A DNA stretch of 64,000 bases. Origin: Patescibacteria group bacterium. GTDB lineage: Bacteria > Patescibacteriota > Microgenomatia > UBA1400 > PJMF01. Of this stretch, positions 57,607 through 64,000 are shown piece by piece. Positions within the stretch are counted from its first letter, which is position 1, and every line of letters starts with the position of its first letter. A program made the position numbers and the translations under genes. The notes beneath the pieces are model-generated. The model was not told the DNA's origin, searched no databases, and saw nothing but the letters and a program-made list of their open reading frames with translations. The stretch is from the NCBI GenBank assembly GCA_016861085.1, contig BOKR01000001.1, positions 3,271-67,270 of the forward strand, in the 5' to 3' direction.

Positions 57607-58743
57607 TTAGGTGTGAAGTATATTTTCGGGGACTTTTATCTTAGTAACTTGCTCGAATGCCAGAAGTAAGAGGTGAATTTCTGATCTGGAATTGGCTACT
57701 TTGACAAGATATGGTCCTTCTAAGCCTCTATCAAACATCAGCTTATAACCAAGAATATTTGCTATTTCTTCATATTGAGAAGACTGAACTCTATTTTGGA
57801 CGCTTAATTCTCTCAGGTATTTTTGAAGTCTGCTGGCATGTTCTTGCGATACTGTATTTGGATAACCAGTGTTTTCCTTATTTTTTAGTTTTTTGACTTT
57901 ATTAGGGTGACGAATGACTGGTTTCAAACCAAACTCAGAAAAATCTATGTTTGGAAAAATGTGGTGAATAGCTGTGATTAGTCTGGGAATGGTATTTGTT
58001 TTTGTGGCGTATTCATAGATAAGAAAAACTTGCTGAGCTACTGTTACATTTCTAGCCCCGCAACAGCGAAAGTCATATTGAGCAATTATTAAATCTAAAT
58101 CAAAGCTAGACAAAGTCCTAAGCATGTTCATGACCTTATTTTGGGTTTTAGCATTTAGCTGCTCAGGAATTCTTCGGTTAATAGCCATTGGTTCTGGTTG
58201 AAATATTTTTAGAGCACGTTTCTTTCTTTGAAGTGTGCCGATGACTTTTTGTACTTGTCTACTCTTAGTGAGGTTATGCCTTTCTATCGCATCTAAAACC
58301 TCTAATACGCGTTCATAGTAATACCCCAGTGTATTAAGTTCATCCGTGAGATTTAACTCATCACATAGTGTTTCAAGATTGTGATTTTTGAAAAACAGGA
58401 ATTCCGCAGTGAAGACCTCAGCTATCTGTATTTTTAATTCTGGCTGAAATAATGTGGGATATTCATTTCGTTTTAAATATGGTCGTTCTTGGTAAACATA
58501 TTGGAGTAGAGGTGTTAATTTTTTTTCTGAAGCGACCCAAAAAACTACTTGTGAAGCCAACATAGTTTGGTCACTGGTAGCATCATATGGGACTTCAAAA
58601 TCTGAGGCTATAGCCTCCAGTTCATCTATAGAAAAAATGTGTGGGTCACCCAACCAATGTATAAGCTTCTGATACTTAGATTCTGGTTTTTGTGCATCAA
58701 CACGTTGAGCAGTCTCAATCTCTGTTGTAAGTGTTTTTTTCAT
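57607..58743 (-). CDS. Protein of tandem helical repeats resembling effector-associated domains (EAD7-like)
   Basis: FSIDELEAIASDFEVPYD...KKLTPLLQYVYQERP and LSSFDLDLIIAQYDF...TIPRLITAIHHIFP. Confidence 0.5.
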   Translation of the reverse strand: MKKTLTTEIETAQRVDAQKPESKYQKLIHWLGDPHIFSIDELEAIASDFEVPYDATSDQTMLASQVVFWVASEKKLTPLLQYVYQERPYLKRNEYPTLFQPELKIQIAEVFTAEFLFFKNHNLETLCDELNLTDELNTLGYYYERVLEVLDAIERHNLTKSRQVQKVIGTLQRKKRALKIFQPEPMAINRRIPEQLNAKTQNKVMNMLRTLSSFDLDLIIAQYDFRCCGARNVTVAQQVFLIYEYATKTNTIPRLITAIHHIFPNIDFSEFGLKPVIRHPNKVKKLKNKENTGYPNTVSQEHASRLQKYLRELSVQNRVQSSQYEEIANILGYKLMFDRGLEGPYLVKVANSRSEIHLLLLAFEQVTKIKVPENILHT

Positions 58744-58787
58744 ATAATTCCATTATCGGTGCTATTATAGCAGGTAGCCTCAAACAC

Positions 58788-58821
58788 AAAAAAATCGTCC
58801 GTTTTTGAGGCGGACGATTTT
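58788..58821 (-). terminator. Terminator after rplA
   Basis: AAAATCGTCCG...CGGACGATTTT inverted repeat with an A7 run on its left. Confidence 0.8.
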
Positions 58822-58845
58822 CAATTTACGATACTTTGAGTGAAA

Positions 58846-59586
58846 TTATTTAGTAATTTCAAGTTTCACACTTGGACTCATTGTTGCAGATATTGAAGCT
58901 GAGAGCAGTCTGCCTTTTGCAGCTGTTAAAATAGCATCAATATTTTCAACTAGAGCTTTTTCATCCATTGAAGTTTTACCGATTGAAACGTGAATTACTG
59001 GTGTTTTTTTCTCTGATTTAAGATCAAAAGCACCTTTTTCAAGTTCAGCTTTTTTGATTTCTGGTTTTGGAGTAACGGTACCATTCTTTGGGTTTGGCAT
59101 TAAGCCTTTTGGTCCCAAAACTCGGGCAAACTTTGCTAATTTTGGCATGTATTGTGGGGCAGTGATCAAAACATCAAAGTTGATATTCCCAGCTTCAATC
59201 TCAGCTAAAAGAGCATCATCTACTATAGCAACACGTACAGTTTTACCTGTTGAGTGAGGTAATGTAATAGTCGCGACTTTACCTACTTCTTTTACAACAC
59301 CATCCAAGGTAATTGTGCCATCGAATTTTGTGTAAGAGAGTTTTTTGATAGTAGCAACTGCTTCAGTCACAGAATATTTTCTGGTTTTATCAACTTTTGC
59401 TCTAGTGCTAACGTATTTTTTGCTTCTGGATCTTTTTGGAGTAGTAGTTTTTACAACTTTCTCAACTCCTTCTTCTGATTTTGATGCTTCAGATTCGACA
59501 ACCTGCTGGGTAGCTGGTGTTTCTGCTTGCACTACTTTAATTGTATCTTCTGTCGAACTCATGTCGACATTTTTCTTTTTAGCCAT
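58846..59586 (-). CDS. rplA: 50S ribosomal protein L1
   Basis: TKFDGT, LPHSTGK, ARVLGPKGLMPNPKNGTVT, SATMSP. About 50-aa N-terminal extension. Confidence 0.96.
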   Translation of the reverse strand: MAKKKNVDMSSTEDTIKVVQAETPATQQVVESEASKSEEGVEKVVKTTTPKRSRSKKYVSTRAKVDKTRKYSVTEAVATIKKLSYTKFDGTITLDGVVKEVGKVATITLPHSTGKTVRVAIVDDALLAEIEAGNINFDVLITAPQYMPKLAKFARVLGPKGLMPNPKNGTVTPKPEIKKAELEKGAFDLKSEKKTPVIHVSIGKTSMDEKALVENIDAILTAAKGRLLSASISATMSPSVKLEITK

Positions 59587-59685
59587 ATGGCCTCCTTATC
59601 TTCCTCTGTCGTTTTTGTGCGGGTTCTCACTTTTTGAAATCCCGTTTATTGCAATGCAATCTGTACGAAAGGGGTATTATTGATA

Positions 59686-60111
59686 TTACTCTGCGATTTT
59701 GACACCCATGCTTCTTGCTGCACCAATGACGGTATTCATTGCTGATTCAAGATTTTTGGTGTTCATGTCTGCCATTTTTTCTTGAGCGATTTCTTTTACT
59801 TGCTCTTTGGTTAGAGTGCCAACAAACTCTCTGCCGGCAGTTTTACTGCCACTCTTAAGTTTAAGTGCATGTTTAATCATTGCTGAAGTTGGTGGTAACT
59901 TTAAAACAAAAGTAAAAGATCTGTCTTGGTAAACTGTGATTTCTGCAGGAATGACTTGGCCTCTTTTGTCTGAGGTTTTATCGTTATATTGTTTCAAGAA
60001 ATCCATCATGTTGATACCAGCTTGACCTAAGATAGGTCCTACTGGAGGAGCTGGAGTAGCACTCCCTGCTGGAAGGTTTAACTTAAGGACGTTAAGGATT
60101 TTTTTTGCCAT
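59686..60111 (-). CDS. rplK: 50S ribosomal protein L11
   Basis: AGSATPAPPVGPILGQAG, GAARSMG. Confidence 0.98.
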   Translation of the reverse strand: MAKKILNVLKLNLPAGSATPAPPVGPILGQAGINMMDFLKQYNDKTSDKRGQVIPAEITVYQDRSFTFVLKLPPTSAMIKHALKLKSGSKTAGREFVGTLTKEQVKEIAQEKMADMNTKNLESAMNTVIGAARSMGVKIAE

Positions 60112-60135
60112 ATGTTTTTTTCGCGCGCGCTTTCT

Positions 60136-60756
60136 TTAGACTTTCTTTACTTGTAAGAAGTCGAGGGTAACCGGAGTTTCTCGACCAAAAATATTTACTA
60201 ATACTTCAACTTGACCTTTTTCTTCATCAATAGAGTTAACGGTACCCAAAAAGTCATTAAACGGACCATCAACGATTCTAATAGCTTCACCTTCTGTGTA
60301 ATCTGCTTTGTATTGTGGTGCAGCTTGAGTCATGTATTTCTTGATTGCATCAACTTCATGTTTTGGAAGTGGGGTGGGTTTATTACCAACACCAACGAAT
60401 CCAGTGACTCCTTGGGTGGTTCGCACAGCCAACCATGAGTTGTCAGTGAGTTCCATTTGAACGAGCATATAGCCTGGGAAGATTTTTTCAACAACATTTT
60501 TTCTTTGACCACGCTTAATCTGAATTTTTTCTTGAGTTGGGATCAAAACTGCAATAATTTTTTCAGTCAGGTCAAGTGTTTCAGCCCGTTGCTTGAGTGC
60601 TTCAGCGACCTTATTTTCATGACCAGAGTAGGTGTGAACCACATACCAGCGAGCTTTTTTATTTTCAGCTTCAGAAATGATCACGAGGTTTGGGGTCTGC
60701 ACCTTAACTTCTTGAACTTCTGGAGCTTGTAATGGTTGTTGTGTTTGATCCGTCAT
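60136..60756 (-). CDS. nusG: Transcription factor NusG
   Basis: WYVVHTYSGHE, FPGYMLV, GVTGFVG, IFGRETPV. Confidence 0.98.
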   Translation of the reverse strand: MTDQTQQPLQAPEVQEVKVQTPNLVIISEAENKKARWYVVHTYSGHENKVAEALKQRAETLDLTEKIIAVLIPTQEKIQIKRGQRKNVVEKIFPGYMLVQMELTDNSWLAVRTTQGVTGFVGVGNKPTPLPKHEVDAIKKYMTQAAPQYKADYTEGEAIRIVDGPFNDFLGTVNSIDEEKGQVEVLVNIFGRETPVTLDFLQVKKV

Positions 60757-60774
60757 ATATAGTTTCTTTTTTCC

Positions 60775-60954
60775 TTACAAAATTGCTGAGAGCAGTTTTT
60801 GAAAAATTCCGTCTAACAGCGCTATGTACAATCCAATTCCAACGCTGACCCCAATGACAAGCAGTGTCATATCCTGAGTTTGCTTTCTGGTTGGCCAGGT
60901 TACTTTTTTTGTTTCTCGGACAACTTCTCTAATGAAAGTGACTGGACTTAGCAT
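60775..60954 (-). CDS. secE: Preprotein translocase SecE (59 aa, not in ORF track)
   Basis: MLSPVTFIREVVRETKKVTWPTRKQ...LLDGIF contains the KV.WP motif and one TM. Directly upstream of nusG. Confidence 0.93.
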   Translation of the reverse strand: MLSPVTFIREVVRETKKVTWPTRKQTQDMTLLVIGVSVGIGLYIALLDGIFQKLLSAIL

Positions 60955-60968
60955 AGGGAGGTATTGTA

Positions 60969-62780
60969 TCAGTCTTTTTGTTGATTTTCAAGATTCGGCT
61001 TGACATCAAATGTTTTAACGTCAATTTTAGTAGGATCTACCTTAGTCGGGTGGTACATTCCAGTTGTTTTTGGCTTGCGAAGTCTGTGTAAGACGCTTGC
61101 AAAAATTGAAACGACCAGCAATAAGACCCCAAGTATCATCACAAAGAACGGTAGTTTTGACTCTGAGTTAGTAATAAGATTTCTGAGAAGTCCAAGCAAT
61201 GTTTCATCACCATCAAAACTGGTATCTGGCTGGATTCTGTCGGCAGCTGTTGCTGTTTTGGCTCTGAAATCAAGGTCATCATCTGGAATCAAATTGTCGC
61301 CTTTTTTAAGTGGAGTATCGCTGTTTGCTAGTTCAGCGGAGTTGGTTGCACTCCCAGCCTTATTAGCATACGTGTTAGAAACGGTTTGTTTTGTTACTGG
61401 ACTGCAGCTAGTACTACTTGGGTTGGTTGCTAGGCGACATTCACCTTCATAACAGCGTAAGTTTACGGCACAATCTCTATTAGAACTACAATCTTGACCA
61501 CACTGTTGAACAGTAGTTGCAGTTTGTTGTGTTGTTGGGGCTGTACAGCGATTATCTTGTGGGTTCTCAGGATTTCTACAGAAGCTGTTGTAGCAGGTAA
61601 GTCCTGTTTTACATTCGCTATTACTAACACAATATTCATTACAGTTTCTTACAACGGTCTGAGTATCATCATCACCGTCATTATTTGCAACTTGGCATGA
61701 AGAACTTGTTGGGTTGACTGCTAGGCGGCAGCGATTAACCCCATTTACTGGATAACAGAACATGTTCACTTCACAGTCACTATTATTGCTACAAGTCTCA
61801 TTACAACCTTGTACTGGTCGAGGTGGACAGACAGTTTGAGTTGGAGTACCTCGTGGATGACATTCAGAAGCACAAGAATACCAAGCACAATAGCTTAATG
61901 TGTGAGAGGAACAGGTTGCAGAGGTTTTAAAGGTACTACAATCTACAGGAGGTGTAGGAGTAGGGGTTGGTGTTGGCGTAGGTGTGGGTGTAGGCGTAGA
62001 CCCTGGATTTGGAGTACAAGTGGCACCGTCCCAGCACTTTGTAGCACCACAATCACAGCCCATGGTTAGGACATCTAAACATGCAAAGGATTCGCCACAG
62101 TGATCAGCACAGCTGTTAGGAAACTCTATCCATTTACCACCAGCTTGGGTACATTGTTTTTCTTGATTTGGATCAGTCCCTGTGCCGGTAATACTATATT
62201 TTAATGTTCCAGGTACTTTAACTAAAACTTCTAAGTTCAAAGTACTTGCATACGTTCTATCTTGGTCAAAGGTAATAACAATCTCTCCAGGCTGATGGGG
62301 AACGAGTTTCATTCTGATGAGTGACTTATCCTGTGGTTCAACAAACCAAGTTAAGTTGTTAGGAACGGCTACTACACTTACTAAATACCCACCAGTAATT
62401 TGTTCAACCTCAATTTTTTCAGCACTAAAGCCAGATCCTTCATTGACAATAATTTCTGGGGTATCAAGTGAATTGTTAAGAATGCTAAACACTGCATAGA
62501 CATGAGTAAATTTATAACCAGCGTTGTCTAGATAAAAAGCTGCTTCTCCAGTTTTATTAACAACAAAGGGAACTCTCAACTCTGGTTTGAGAGAAGGTTG
62601 GGTAGCTGTCAGCTTGTCTGAGCTGACTGCCTCACCTCGCAGGTCTTGGGGTTTTTCTAATGGATTTTGAACAAAAATGAGACCGATAATTCCGGCTGCA
62701 ACTAATAATGCACCAATATACGGGACCAAATTTCTGAAATTTTTTTGTAATGTATCAAGAACAAAACCTGTTTTTTGCAT
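60969..62780 (-). CDS. Cys-rich surface protein with N- and C-terminal TM segments
   Basis: N-terminal TM, beta domain, (TP)n linker, three C-x3-C-x5-C-x5-C...CR...NP repeats, C-terminal TM. Confidence 0.75.
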   Translation of the reverse strand: MQKTGFVLDTLQKNFRNLVPYIGALLVAAGIIGLIFVQNPLEKPQDLRGEAVSSDKLTATQPSLKPELRVPFVVNKTGEAAFYLDNAGYKFTHVYAVFSILNNSLDTPEIIVNEGSGFSAEKIEVEQITGGYLVSVVAVPNNLTWFVEPQDKSLIRMKLVPHQPGEIVITFDQDRTYASTLNLEVLVKVPGTLKYSITGTGTDPNQEKQCTQAGGKWIEFPNSCADHCGESFACLDVLTMGCDCGATKCWDGATCTPNPGSTPTPTPTPTPTPTPTPPVDCSTFKTSATCSSHTLSYCAWYSCASECHPRGTPTQTVCPPRPVQGCNETCSNNSDCEVNMFCYPVNGVNRCRLAVNPTSSSCQVANNDGDDDTQTVVRNCNEYCVSNSECKTGLTCYNSFCRNPENPQDNRCTAPTTQQTATTVQQCGQDCSSNRDCAVNLRCYEGECRLATNPSSTSCSPVTKQTVSNTYANKAGSATNSAELANSDTPLKKGDNLIPDDDLDFRAKTATAADRIQPDTSFDGDETLLGLLRNLITNSESKLPFFVMILGVLLLVVSIFASVLHRLRKPKTTGMYHPTKVDPTKIDVKTFDVKPNLENQQKD

Positions 62781-62887
62781 CGGTATCTTCAGTATAACCA
62801 GATTTTTTTAAGACTGCAACTAAATGAATGCAAAGTACTTGTGATACACTAAGGATACCTTAGTAAGTGAAAGTAGTAAGGAGACAT

Positions 62888-63784
62888 ATGTCTGAAATGC
62901 AAAAAAGAGTGAGAAAGGCAATCGTCACAGATGCTGGGTTTGCCAGTAGATATTTGCCGATCACTAAAACTGTCCCAAAGGGTATGCTACCACTTGGAAA
63001 TAGACCAATTATGCAGTTCATGGTTGAAGAATGTGCTCAAGCCGGAATTGAAGAAATAATCATTGTTGCAACTCCGGAAGGAAAGCCAGTGTATGAAGAC
63101 TATTTCAACAATGGAGTTAATAGAATCAGAAAGCAACTAGCGGCACAAGGTAAGGAAGATCGCTACGAACCTGTTCAGCATGTGCTAGATTTTCCAAAAA
63201 TTGTCGTAATTACCCAAGATGAGAGTTTGCCATATGGAAATGGTTCTCCGGTTGTTTCTGCCGCAAAATTTGTTGAAGGTGAGGAGGCATTTGTCGTTAT
63301 ATATAGTGATGACGTTGTTTTTGGTGAGCAAGGAGATGTAAAGACAATGGTTGATCTGTATGAAGAGAACCCAGAGGTCTCTGGAGTCATTATGTCTCAG
63401 GAAGTTTCGGCTGAAGTTGTTGATAAATACGGTATTATCAAATTTAAGAAAGACTCGGATACTGACCTTGATTATATCGTTGAGAAACCAGATAAGGGTA
63501 CTGAGCCTTCAAGATTAGCTTCTTACGGTCGTTATTTGTTAACACCAGAAGTTCTCAGCCATCTAACAAATGCTAACACTGGAAAAGATAACGAATTATG
63601 GACAGTTGACGCAATTACTAAAGTAGCCAAGACTGGAACAGTGTTAGTGGGTAAAACTAAGGGAGAGTGGATGACTACTGGTGATCCAGAGAACTACTTT
63701 AAGGCTCATCTAAAATTTGTGATAGACAACGAGAAATATGGCTCCAATGTTGAGGAGTGGATCAAAGAGATCAAGGGAGAGTAA
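62888..63784 (+). CDS. UTP--glucose-1-phosphate uridylyltransferase-like nucleotidyltransferase
   Basis: AGFASRYLPITKTVPKGMLP, IVEKP, GRYLLTP, ELWTVDAI. AGGAG lies before ATG 62888. Confidence 0.85.
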   Translation: MSEMQKRVRKAIVTDAGFASRYLPITKTVPKGMLPLGNRPIMQFMVEECAQAGIEEIIIVATPEGKPVYEDYFNNGVNRIRKQLAAQGKEDRYEPVQHVLDFPKIVVITQDESLPYGNGSPVVSAAKFVEGEEAFVVIYSDDVVFGEQGDVKTMVDLYEENPEVSGVIMSQEVSAEVVDKYGIIKFKKDSDTDLDYIVEKPDKGTEPSRLASYGRYLLTPEVLSHLTNANTGKDNELWTVDAITKVAKTGTVLVGKTKGEWMTTGDPENYFKAHLKFVIDNEKYGSNVEEWIKEIKGE

Positions 63785-64000
63785 TTTTTATTCGTAACAC
63801 GGTCTTTTTTGACTCTTCAGTATCTACTAAAGAGCTCATATACTAAACAGAGGCATGAAAACTGAGCACTTTAACAGTCGAGCGTGAAGGGACTACGAAT
63901 TTATTTTTCCTGAACACTTTTTTGAGGGTTCATGGAATATTCTGCATCACCGTGGTGGTGTAGATTTCCTACCCACCTGCTTTTTTGCGGGAAAATGGTA

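Noticed and set aside
59663-59670. GTACGAAA between rplK and rplA as a fourth hairpin copy
   Set aside because: Only the 3' end matches. The TTTCGGA arm and inner stem are absent.
63785-64000. Partial gene at the right edge
   Set aside because: The plus-strand ATG at 63855 meets TGA after 10 codons. A minus-strand 3' gene end is possible but too short to call.

Overview
AT-rich bacterial chromosome segment read with the standard code (genes end in TAA, TAG and TGA). The gene content suggests a Patescibacteria/CPR, Microgenomates-like genome, which is an inference. Housekeeping genes are leuS, argS, thrS, ndk, mreB, murL-murD, ahcY, secE-nusG-rplK-rplA, rplJ-rplL, comEA/comEC and tRNA-Arg(CCT). 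The main candidate new system is an F1-like ATPase operon (c-like fusion, b, delta, alpha, gamma, beta, with epsilon on the opposite strand). It has no subunit a in the window, and its c-like subunit lacks the ion-binding carboxylate and carries an exported domain. It is transcribed divergently from two giant GNVGIGT-repeat fibre genes with S74 chaperone domains, one interrupted by an in-frame TAA. Unannotated regulatory elements include Leu- and Thr-rich leader-peptide attenuators before leuS and thrS, a T-box before argS, an L10 leader, an orphan attenuator-like leader, and a 45-nt covarying hairpin in three copies. Also present are a WxL/DUF916-like surface cluster and a tandem EAD-like protein. 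All family calls come from motif recognition by eye; no searches were run.
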